Shown here: piece by piece, positions 55,381-64,000 of the stretch
Layout: every line of letters starts with the position of its first letter
How positions within the stretch are numbered: the first letter of the stretch is position 1
Source of the DNA: an uncultured virus (IMG/VR IMGVR_UViG_3300035698_017129)
Lineage: Duplodnaviria; Heunggongvirae; Uroviricota; Caudoviricetes
IMG/VR virus record: IMGVR_UViG_3300035698_017129
Length of the DNA stretch: 64,000 nt
Direction: 5' to 3' (one strand)
The notes under the pieces: generated by a model
Seen by the model: only the letters and a program-made list of their open reading frames with translations
Told to the model about the DNA's origin: nothing
Database searches by the model: none
Program-made: the position numbers and the translations under genes

Positions 55381-58379
55381 ACCCATACGATTCATATTTC
55401 CTGGACTACACCGGTTACGGCCCGACAGGGATGGGAAACGCACCGTCCGCGCGGGAAATGCGGATGCAAGCGATGAACCGGTTTCGCACGGATCGGCTCA
55501 GCACAGCCATGCAATACATCGACCCCTACATCTCGGCTGCGGGGCAAACTGCAATGCATACGCTGACGGGAGCGCAGAACAGTCCTGCCCAGGCGAGGCG
55601 CGCGCTTTATAGCTCAGCCGGCGGGCAAGGAGCTCTCGACGCAGCGATGTTGGCGAGGCGAGGAGGATTCCTGGGCCAGGGCGACCCGGTCAACTACGCA
55701 GCCAACATTGCCGGAGGTATAGCAGGTGGCGGCTTTCAGACCAGGGTGCACGGGCAGACCATGGGAGGGAGCAGCATCTACGGCCAAGGTGGCGTGCAGG
55801 GGCAAGGCGCTCTATCGGAGCGCGTGGCTATGAATTTCGCCAAGGGGATGCTATCAGACTTGTATGGGACAGGCACGCCCGACCCCAGTAAGATGTTCGG
55901 GTTCGATATGGAGGAGGCGTCCGGGGTGTTCAATACCTTGGCTCGTCGCGGCGCGATTGGGCGCGTGGCGAGTGTGAAGATGAACGCCAGCGTCTCCGAG
56001 CGACTATCTGCAGCGAGGGACGGGGCGATCGATCCGGATTTGAAAGCAGGCCTGGCCGGCGTCCAGGTGACCGACCTTGAGGGGTTGAACAGGGTTATCG
56101 ATTCAACCGATGATAAGAAACTCAAGCGTGAGCTCATCAAGATAAGAAACTCAACCTCAGCGATCCAGATCAGCGACCAGGAGCGGCAGCGTGTGTCGAA
56201 GGTGGTGCGCGAGGTCACAGAGGGCATGGCAGCGCTAGCCGATGTCTACGGCGAACTGAGTGCCCCGGAGCTGCAGCAGAAGCTCGAGCAAGTCTCGGGT
56301 AAGCGAATTACCAACTCACAGCAAGCGCGGGAGGCCAAGCAGATGGTCAACTCTCTCCGCGGTGCAGCAGAGATGAGCGGAATGGACCCCCGCGCGTTCA
56401 TGCTCTGGTCAGGCGACATGCAGAGCATGCTGCAAGGTGATGTTTCCAGGTCCATGGGATTTGACCAGCGCACGAGGACACAAGCGACTCGTATCACGGC
56501 GGTGATGCATAACCAGATAATGGGGGACTCTGCGATCTCCGCGAAGATTGCGCAGGACAACGTGATGCGCGCCCGGGAGAACATGCCAGGCGTCAGGATA
56601 TCAGACGCCGCGACTCTCGACGAGATCTACGCCGACAAGCGACAGGGCCGGACACAGTTTACCGACCAATACAAGTCGGTAGCCATGACCCAGGGAGGGT
56701 TGGACCAATTCTCTGGCGCAGCTCGAGGCCGAGCAGAGGGGCTGTTGGCTGAGTTTAAAGCTGCCAACAACGACTCCAGCTTGTCACCAGGAGAACGTGC
56801 CCGCAAGAAAGCCTTGATCGCCTCTCAGTTGAAAGGTGAGTGGGCGCAACTCTACGGCGGCGACTTTAACATGGCTGCAACCTCACGAGGAGGTAAGGAC
56901 GCCCTGCTGGCCGCCTACGACAGCCCCGCCAATGCGGCAGAGATGGAGAGTATGGCGATGACCGGCCGCCGCAACGACGTCAACGTAACCCCAGTGGCAC
57001 GCAGACTTGGGTCGATGGGCGCTGGCGGTTTGGCTGAGGCGAAGCAGTTGCGCGATAAGATGGGGCTCAGGGGTATGGGCGACTTCATGCGTGACAGCAG
57101 CGGAGCGGATGATACTCCGTCCGTCCGCCGTCAAAAGCAGAAGAACATTTTGGCGCAGGCTGGTATCTCCGGGGCCGAGGCGGACGATTTCATGGATCGG
57201 TTTGTCGGTAAAGACGGGCAGCTGAAGGATTCTAAGGGATTCGGCGAGTTAGCAGCGGGAATCGGACGGGCAGGTTGGACACCTGGGATGTCCGTCTACG
57301 ACCAGGAAGCTATCGGAAATGCCAAGATGGGCATGATTGGCGCAGGGACGAACCGCAAGCGACTCAGGGCCGGCGACCAGAGAATCTCCATCGGGAGCAT
57401 TGCTACGGCGCTCCTTACTGGCGGTATCTCAGGGGTCGCGGACTCCGACACAATGGCGCTGACGCTTGACGCACTGAAGAGTCGAGGAGCTCTCCCCGAC
57501 TACGAAGGTGTGAATGCCAATGGTAAAATAGTGATGAAGAAGGCAGGCACCGGTTATGCCTCTGGGATAGACTTCTCCAAGGGTATAACGAAGGGCGGCC
57601 TCGGGAAGCTCAGCAAGTTGCACGGTAAGAACCTGGATCTCCATAAGAAGCTAGGCTTCGAGACCATGGATGAGCTGATCGCAGCGACGGAGAAGGATCC
57701 TAGTCTACGCGCCCGGGCGATCGGTATACTCCAGTCTGACCCAGATTATGTCGGGCTGAACCTTGACGGCGAGGCGGACTCGATGACTGCAATGACTGAT
57801 GAAGCCCGCGCAGGTTGGGTGAAAACAGGCGAGCTCGACGACAGCGCTAAGTTAGCAGCCGGGATGGACATCATTAACCAGGATGTTCTTGGTATGAACT
57901 CGCGGGCGTCGCGAATCAACTTAAAGAAGAACGGGAAGTTCGACGCGTCCATCTTTGAGGCGGATAAATTCAACGGTATCACAGGTAAAGCCAATGTTAG
58001 TGGTTTAGCATGGGGCGGTAAACACCGCCTCGAGATGGGCGGCGGCCTCGGGCGACTCATGAGCCTCGCCGGCGCGATCAACAAGGGTGGCGCCATGACC
58101 ATGGTTGGCCTCTCCCAGGTGAATGAGGACGGCGCGCTGTCCGATGAGTTGCAGTCGCAGTATGATGCGCTGGCTGCTGGCGTGGCGGCCAACGGAGGGA
58201 AAGACCTCGCAACAAATTATAGCGACAGAGAGGGTAAGAAGACGGGGTCAGCCGAGAAACAGATGGCGGAGATCAAGGCCTCCATCGATAAACTTGCGGC
58301 GCATAACGGTAACGCCACGATCGTGACGGAGATGACGGTCGAGACAATGAAAGTGATCGAGAAAACCGACGAGAACTGA
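55377..58379 (+). CDS. putative tape measure protein
   Basis: 1000 aa, Ala/Gly/Met-rich and helical; follows the chaperone pair. Confidence 0.65.
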   Translation: MNPYDSYFLDYTGYGPTGMGNAPSAREMRMQAMNRFRTDRLSTAMQYIDPYISAAGQTAMHTLTGAQNSPAQARRALYSSAGGQGALDAAMLARRGGFLGQGDPVNYAANIAGGIAGGGFQTRVHGQTMGGSSIYGQGGVQGQGALSERVAMNFAKGMLSDLYGTGTPDPSKMFGFDMEEASGVFNTLARRGAIGRVASVKMNASVSERLSAARDGAIDPDLKAGLAGVQVTDLEGLNRVIDSTDDKKLKRELIKIRNSTSAIQISDQERQRVSKVVREVTEGMAALADVYGELSAPELQQKLEQVSGKRITNSQQAREAKQMVNSLRGAAEMSGMDPRAFMLWSGDMQSMLQGDVSRSMGFDQRTRTQATRITAVMHNQIMGDSAISAKIAQDNVMRARENMPGVRISDAATLDEIYADKRQGRTQFTDQYKSVAMTQGGLDQFSGAARGRAEGLLAEFKAANNDSSLSPGERARKKALIASQLKGEWAQLYGGDFNMAATSRGGKDALLAAYDSPANAAEMESMAMTGRRNDVNVTPVARRLGSMGAGGLAEAKQLRDKMGLRGMGDFMRDSSGADDTPSVRRQKQKNILAQAGISGAEADDFMDRFVGKDGQLKDSKGFGELAAGIGRAGWTPGMSVYDQEAIGNAKMGMIGAGTNRKRLRAGDQRISIGSIATALLTGGISGVADSDTMALTLDALKSRGALPDYEGVNANGKIVMKKAGTGYASGIDFSKGITKGGLGKLSKLHGKNLDLHKKLGFETMDELIAATEKDPSLRARAIGILQSDPDYVGLNLDGEADSMTAMTDEARAGWVKTGELDDSAKLAAGMDIINQDVLGMNSRASRINLKKNGKFDASIFEADKFNGITGKANVSGLAWGGKHRLEMGGGLGRLMSLAGAINKGGAMTMVGLSQVNEDGALSDELQSQYDALAAGVAANGGKDLATNYSDREGKKTGSAEKQMAEIKASIDKLAAHNGNATIVTEMTVETMKVIEKTDEN

Positions 58380-58381
58380 TT

Positions 58382-58849
58382 ATGGGAACTGCCATCGAAA
58401 CTTGTAAGGGTCACATCCACATCTTCACTGAGAGTGGCGTGGCCACGGGTAGCTCCGGGTTCTACGCGATTGACCCGTCGATCCCGGATGCCTCCAACTC
58501 CAAGGCGTTGATCCTGGGTGTTCCGCTTGCCTTCCAGGAGATCGTGCAGCCGACGACTACGCTGGACGATAAGCGTGTGCTCTATTTGTTCGGCACCGCC
58601 TGGAACCAGATGTCTGTCTCGGGGATACTCCTACTGGGCGACAGCGGTACGGGAGGCGCGCAGTTAGGCGAGCTTCTGAAATGGTATAACACCAACAGAG
58701 TCAGCGAGCTAAGGGGGCCGATAAGTGTGTCCCTGGGGACGACCGCACTCGACGCCTACGTCACTGGGCTGCAGCTCGGCCAGGCCAACCCGAAAAATAA
58801 CACTCAGATGTTCACCATAATGATGGTGACCGCAGACGTCACACCATGA
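58382..58849 (+). CDS. putative tail tube initiator/baseplate protein
   Basis: LYLFG...MSVSGILL tube-like motif; after the tape measure gene. Confidence 0.45.
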   Translation: MGTAIETCKGHIHIFTESGVATGSSGFYAIDPSIPDASNSKALILGVPLAFQEIVQPTTTLDDKRVLYLFGTAWNQMSVSGILLLGDSGTGGAQLGELLKWYNTNRVSELRGPISVSLGTTALDAYVTGLQLGQANPKNNTQMFTIMMVTADVTP

Positions 58850-59754
58850 GCGATCCAATCACCATCCACGTAAGGACCAACCTTTATTTGTGGCTCCTCA
58901 CGGGCAGGTCGAACGACTTCTTCAATGAGCCCCTCAACACGGGCATCGTGTATTCGATCGCTGACACCCCGGTTGATGTGCAGGAGCTCCGCGCATTGTT
59001 GCGCGTCAACGATACTACGACTGACTTCTACGTTCTGGCAGCACTGGCTGCGGCGAGAATGTCCACCTCGTTCATCCGCACGCTCCCACACGAGAATGAC
59101 TCTGTGTTCGTGAACGGGTTCCTGACTCTTCCGCCAGTCTCCTCAAGCCGCACCATGCTGCCTGCGAGCGGATACACGTGGCCGGCCATTGACGGTGGTA
59201 GGGCGGGCCAGGACGGGTTCACACAGCTGGTGTTCACCAGCCTCGGGTCGGGGAGGGCGTCGATCACGACCAACGCGGGCGGCGAGGACACTACGGATTA
59301 TTCACTCACAGCGGAGGACGGAGGCGCGACCTACCGGTTGAGCTTCGACAAGGCCGGCGAATACGGCGTCGACGCTCACTTCCAGGTCGCTGCCTGGACC
59401 GCCGGGGACACAGTGGTCTTAAAGTTCTCACCGACGCGGTATCCGTTCAGGGCCGTCACCGATAGCATTGACCGAAGCGGCCTGGCAAACAGTATGATGA
59501 ACTCAGAGGGCACGCTGCAGGCCTACGCTGAGACTTCTAACGTGGCCACGAAGGTAGGTCTGGCTGCGCTCGCTATAATCCGGCGCATGCTACGGAACAT
59601 CAACGACGATCAGTCCGGGTTCACAATCACCACGTTGTTTGATTCGACAGGAGTCGAACCCTTACGAAAGATTTATGACATTGACCCAGTGTTCACTGGA
59701 GGCTTAGGTGACGTAGAAATAGACGACAAGGAGCCTGTAGGATTCGATGCCTGA
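58846..59754 (+). CDS. putative baseplate/tail protein
   Basis: Coupled ORF in the tail cluster. Confidence 0.55.
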   Translation: MSDPITIHVRTNLYLWLLTGRSNDFFNEPLNTGIVYSIADTPVDVQELRALLRVNDTTTDFYVLAALAAARMSTSFIRTLPHENDSVFVNGFLTLPPVSSSRTMLPASGYTWPAIDGGRAGQDGFTQLVFTSLGSGRASITTNAGGEDTTDYSLTAEDGGATYRLSFDKAGEYGVDAHFQVAAWTAGDTVVLKFSPTRYPFRAVTDSIDRSGLANSMMNSEGTLQAYAETSNVATKVGLAALAIIRRMLRNINDDQSGFTITTLFDSTGVEPLRKIYDIDPVFTGGLGDVEIDDKEPVGFDA

Positions 59755-61213
59755 AGATAAACCAGAAGTAGCGGTCGTATCCGCCGAGATCAACGGAGGG
59801 GAATACTCTCCGGAAACTTTGAGGTTCTCGATGGACATCAACAGCTTCCCGTCTGTATCCGCCACCATTGCGCAGACCGACGGCCCGGAGACTGTGAAGT
59901 CGCCTGGCTCTAGCCAAGTATTGAGCAGGATAGCGAGACTGCAGACCGAACGCCTGGCGGGACGAACTGTGCCAGACTTCTCCGTGACAGCCGACGACGG
60001 GCGCGGGGGTTCGGTATCCTACGAGGGGTTCATCTCTGCTCCCGTGCTGGATCTATCCACGGTCAGCACAGTGGACAAGTTTAACTCAGTCGGAGAGGCG
60101 GCCCTACTGGACGCGCTCGACCTGGGCATCTACCGCAGCAATTATACGACGGCGAGGGAAGAGGCAGGGGACGCCAACTTGGAACCGATCACTGCAGCGA
60201 CCGACGGCGACGTGCCGACCACCATATCTGAGATCACAGACGTGCTCGTGAGCAACTACGACTTCGTCCTGTCGGAGGAATACATGCCGACAGCCCAGGA
60301 GCTGATTCGGATGCAGCACGAGATCAACACGGGCGGGCCTTTGGAGCTCTGGACAGCAATCCTGTTCAATAGTGATGTGAGATACGAAAGCTGGGACGCG
60401 GCGATCAAGGAGGCCCCCGAGATAGGGAGGGGCCTGGCGGAACGAATCAAGGACATGCTGGAATCACCTACGCCGGGGTTCTGGAACAAGCTGCGCGCCT
60501 TGTCGTCTGCCTTCCAGATGTATTACGTGCCTGAGTTTGACGGTGTCGGCTACCTGGAGAGGGCCGACAAGAAGGTTGCTGACCCAGAGGTCACGATCGA
60601 GGCGAGCGTATCTTCGCTCTCTGTGACCGACGGCAGCCCCAGGATCCTTCAACCCGGCGGCGTTGTCATGATGATGCGCGGATCCCCGGCAACACGCACG
60701 GAGGCTCAGCCTAACCCTGCGGTCCCGCGCATTGTGGCCTTCGCGCCCAACCCCCTCCTGTCTGGGTTCATACACCGGGAGCCAGCGCCGTTCTGGTTGC
60801 TGCGCGAGGAGGGTATCCCCATCTTTGGGTCCGAGGTGGAGACGGTGAATGCTCCCGCCGCCGACGGCAAGGTCAACCTGGGTTTACCGAGCAGGGAGGA
60901 ACGCCGCGGCAAAGCCGTCGAGTTCAAAGCGAGAGTAGACACGGTATCGGAGGGTATCATGACTGAGATGTGCGAGGTGATGTTCAAAGACATACAGCTG
61001 GCACACTCCACGGCGACGCTGAATCTGCCGCTAGATTTTTCATTGAGCGAGAATGTAGGGAAGCGCGCCACCATAAGACTTAGCAACGGCGAAGGCGGCT
61101 ACCGCGAGTTTACCGCATTCGTCCGGGGTATTACGCACAGCGTGGATCTCAGGCAGGGGCGCAGCCTCAGCTGCCATACTCAGCTGAAGCTCAGCTACGC
61201 CAAATACACTTAA
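59747..61213 (+). CDS. putative baseplate hub (gp27/gpD-like) protein
   Basis: C-terminal FVRGITHSVD...TQLKLSY pattern; position fits. Confidence 0.5.
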   Translation: MPEDKPEVAVVSAEINGGEYSPETLRFSMDINSFPSVSATIAQTDGPETVKSPGSSQVLSRIARLQTERLAGRTVPDFSVTADDGRGGSVSYEGFISAPVLDLSTVSTVDKFNSVGEAALLDALDLGIYRSNYTTAREEAGDANLEPITAATDGDVPTTISEITDVLVSNYDFVLSEEYMPTAQELIRMQHEINTGGPLELWTAILFNSDVRYESWDAAIKEAPEIGRGLAERIKDMLESPTPGFWNKLRALSSAFQMYYVPEFDGVGYLERADKKVADPEVTIEASVSSLSVTDGSPRILQPGGVVMMMRGSPATRTEAQPNPAVPRIVAFAPNPLLSGFIHREPAPFWLLREEGIPIFGSEVETVNAPAADGKVNLGLPSREERRGKAVEFKARVDTVSEGIMTEMCEVMFKDIQLAHSTATLNLPLDFSLSENVGKRATIRLSNGEGGYREFTAFVRGITHSVDLRQGRSLSCHTQLKLSYAKYT

Positions 61214-61214
61214 C

Positions 61215-64000
61215 ATGAGCGACGACAACTCGAGCACCGAAGAAGAACAACGCCTCTACCGTGAGCGTGCTCTGGCGCGGGGTCAGGACGCTGACTGCGA
61301 CCCTGTTGAATTGGTGCTGCAACCTGACGTAGACCCGGTAGCTCCAGTAGCTCCAGCTGAGAAATGCGACCCACCAGAGGAGGCGCAGGAAGCGGAGTTC
61401 TTACCCGCACGTCCGCTGCCGACCGCTGATACACCACCGGATCTTCTCCCCGAGCCCTTGTCGGTCCTGAACCGCGCTGTGTCTGTCCCGTGCCCGGGCA
61501 GCTCCATTGCCTTGGGTGGCAGCTCTAACCCCAGTAATGTCGGCGCCGGCGAAGACGAGCAATTAGTTTACCTCGATGAGGTAGAGGAGATCACGCAGGA
61601 CGAGGTGTTCCGCCTCGCTGTTCATATTCCAGCGTTACAGGCGCATGTGACCTCTGACCTCCTCGCCGCAATAGACGGGGCTGACTTCACCGCATTCGAC
61701 GCAGAGATCGTCAATATTACGCAGACCTCACCGGCGATCGCCGTCTTAATCCGCGTCGACCTAGTGGCGGCGTCGGTGCGTGCTGACGCTGTAGCCAATA
61801 CCATCGCCCTCGCAGGGCTGTCGTGCGGATGGCTCAACGCTGAGCTCTGGGTGACTTGCCAGGTAGCCACGCCCGGTTACGCCATCGCTTACTCAGACCC
61901 AGCAGCGGCCGTGCAAGCGGGCCCTGCTGCGGCAGGGACGTTCTCATCCGAGATCGACCAAGCTGACGCGGACGACCAGGCGGCCAGGTCTCTGGCACTT
62001 GAATTAACCTGCCTCGTGCTAAACAATACGCTAGAAGATATCTCTTGCTCAGACGTCGCCGGGATGATCGATGAGACTATGGAGTTGCCAAAGTGGCCTG
62101 TGAACTGGACCAAAGCTGCAGACCCGGTAGAGGCTGCCAGAGGTAACCAGGTCGTCACGCTCGAGGCCCAAGGTGCCGGCACCTGGACAGTGGCGGACTG
62201 GGATGATTTCGAGAGTAACACAGAGGCGGTCGACTTGAATGACCTGAACGGTCAGCAGTTCATGCAGGAGTCACAGGTCGGCTCTGGTGAGCGCCGCACG
62301 CTCAGAACTCGGTCACGCGTCGACGTCGGCGACGTCAGGACAGCCGCAGCTACCGTGCTGGAGGCCAATGCGATCGCTTACAACCTTGCTGTGGCAGAGC
62401 TGGACTGCTTCGTCCCCAACCGACCTAGAGTGATTTCCTGTATTTCCGCGGACTATGGGGAAGCAGACGTCATCACACGATCCGGCGGGTTAGGGCTTTC
62501 GGCTGCTGACGTGGGCCGTGAGGTCATGTATGCGGAACTGCTGGGAGCTGACTCAGCTGCTCCCGGCGAGCGTGACAACGCTTATTTAACCGCAAACTAC
62601 GGCGGCCCTGACTACGAGCGCACTAACCAGGGCGTCGTCAACTACGGCCTGAACCCGGAGGCCGCAGATACTACGATCGCTTTCGAGGTCTACGTCTGGC
62701 CTGGCTACTTCTCAGATGTGGACGTCGCACTCGTGGAGGCCACGGCAGGTAATCATGCCCAGGGCTTAATGCAATGCCTCTGGATTTCCCTGAAGCATCG
62801 CAGCGCCTGTGCGTCGACCGAGGCGGATCGAGACCAAACTGCAACGAGCACGCAAGAGGACCTGTCCTCCAAGTTCTCTGACGGTGATGTCTCTGACGAG
62901 GGCGCAATCCTGGACACGGATCGGTCAATCGATACGAACGAGCTGCCCCGTGGATTCCTGACGCAAAGCGATTATCCAAACAAGACCGCCGACCCCACGA
63001 TGGTTGGAGCCTACCAGTGGCCTGGTTTACCGGCGATTACACAGTCCGGGTTGTCCTGTCTATTTGTCTCCTGCAAGACGGCTTGCTGCGAGCCGAAGCC
63101 CGACGACCGCACTCACAAGGTCAACGGCATGGCAAATTACGCCACCTGGGGCGCTGCCGTGACAGTCCCGGCCGACGTCGGGTCTCAGGTTGCATTCATC
63201 GGTGCCTGGTCTGCGGCGCTTGCCAGTAAAACTTTTGTGGCCTGTAACGCTTTAGAACCTGTCGGCGCCTTCACGCCGCAATCAGTCTACGATGATTGCG
63301 GTATCACATCGCCGCCCGCGTCATCTGGGACGAATGCTATCGCAGACATCGGCCCCAACTCAGGCGCTTACGGGACTCCGGCTCGGTTCAAATACGGCGG
63401 GATACTACCGTGGGGGCAGCAGTGGAAAGCTCCTGTGGGGAACGTAGTGCCGGACGATGGAGTCCTCCCCGGGGAAGTTAAAGGGTGCAACATTATTGCG
63501 ACTGGGTCGATAGCCTCAGACGAATGGGGGTTCTACCATTGCGCAGAGGGTTACGCTGAAGGCTACGAACTCGATGGGCTCGGGGCGCAGGCGCGGCAGC
63601 TGGCGATAGGACGTTTGGACTGCACGCATATTGCGTGGCCCAGGCATTTGGTCAACTGCCCGCAGCCTAACCAGAGAGGCTTTGCTGCGGCCACGACGAT
63701 TGACATCATTACCGAGGGAACCTCCACGCGTGAGGCCAACGAGCAGGTCGAGAGTCTCATGCTGCCGCAGCTGAAGTGCAGGGACATGCACAACTTCATG
63801 CTTACGTTCAACGGGGGCGGTGGTGGCGGCAGCGACGGCGAGCTAAACCTCTTGGGGCCTGTGGTGGCGAACATCGGCGGCGTTGACGCATGCCTGCCTG
63901 CTGGCCTGTCGGAGGCTATCCTCTACGAGGACGACTGCGAGACAGTCGTTGACGCTTTTGCGATGGATGCGGACGTAAGCTCCCACGTTTTCATCGAGGT
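61215..64000 (+). CDS. large acidic Cys-containing virion protein, runs off the window (absent from the ORF track)
   Basis: ATG at 61215. The frame was open in the start, middle and end stretches I translated, and the track lists no closed ORF in this frame. Repeats such as AGTFSSEIDQADADDQAARSLALELTC and EANAIAYNLAVAELDC are DUF5977-like. Confidence 0.75.
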   Translation, partial: MSDDNSSTEEEQRLYRERALARGQDADCDPVELVLQPDVDPVAPVAPAEKCDPPEEAQEAEFLPARPLPTADTPPDLLPEPLSVLNRAVSVPCPGSSIALGGSSNPSNVGAGEDEQLVYLDEVEEITQDEVFRLAVHIPALQAHVTSDLLAAIDGADFTAFDAEIVNITQTSPAIAVLIRVDLVAASVRADAVANTIALAGLSCGWLNAELWVTCQVATPGYAIAYSDPAAAVQAGPAAAGTFSSEIDQADADDQAARSLALELTCLVLNNTLEDISCSDVAGMIDETMELPKWPVNWTKAADPVEAARGNQVVTLEAQGAGTWTVADWDDFESNTEAVDLNDLNGQQFMQESQVGSGERRTLRTRSRVDVGDVRTAAATVLEANAIAYNLAVAELDCFVPNRPRVISCISADYGEADVITRSGGLGLSAADVGREVMYAELLGADSAAPGERDNAYLTANYGGPDYERTNQGVVNYGLNPEAADTTIAFEVYVWPGYFSDVDVALVEATAGNHAQGLMQCLWISLKHRSACASTEADRDQTATSTQEDLSSKFSDGDVSDEGAILDTDRSIDTNELPRGFLTQSDYPNKTADPTMVGAYQWPGLPAITQSGLSCLFVSCKTACCEPKPDDRTHKVNGMANYATWGAAVTVPADVGSQVAFIGAWSAALASKTFVACNALEPVGAFTPQSVYDDCGITSPPASSGTNAIADIGPNSGAYGTPARFKYGGILPWGQQWKAPVGNVVPDDGVLPGEVKGCNIIATGSIASDEWGFYHCAEGYAEGYELDGLGAQARQLAIGRLDCTHIAWPRHLVNCPQPNQRGFAAATTIDIITEGTSTREANEQVESLMLPQLKCRDMHNFMLTFNGGGGGGSDGELNLLGPVVANIGGVDACLPAGLSEAILYEDDCETVVDAFAMDADVSSHVFIE

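Noticed and set aside
1..64000. tRNA/rRNA genes, stop-codon reassignment and self-targets of the array spacers
   Set aside because: No cloverleaf or rRNA seen by eye. All three stop codons end genes normally. A spacer-target search could not be done reliably by hand, so no target is claimed.

Overview
This window is part of a large, GC-rich myovirus-like (probably jumbo) phage genome, read almost entirely on the + strand. It holds two separated pieces of a phage multisubunit RNA polymerase beta' subunit, one with a LAGLIDADG intein directly after the NADFDGD motif. It also holds a block of short gene cassettes, each opened by the same inverted-repeat promoter, a lysis module, and a head/contractile-tail cluster (protease, scaffold, capsid, sheath, tube, spike, chaperone with a -1 slippery site, tape measure). 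The standout is at 5607-8188: a 38-unit, 36-nt-period array with two alternating repeats and two short variable spacers per unit (GTGAACCC-N10-GATACCCC-N10). It sits directly upstream of a Nop/IS110-C-terminal-like protein that shows no nuclease or recombinase catalytic motifs, which is the architecture of an RNA-guided TIGR-Tas (TasA-like) system. Also notable are a pervasive K-x-A motif in putative head proteins (probable protease/packaging signal), two promoter classes, a membrane-anchored endolysin and a u-spanin-like protein. All assignments are by eye; no database searches were run.
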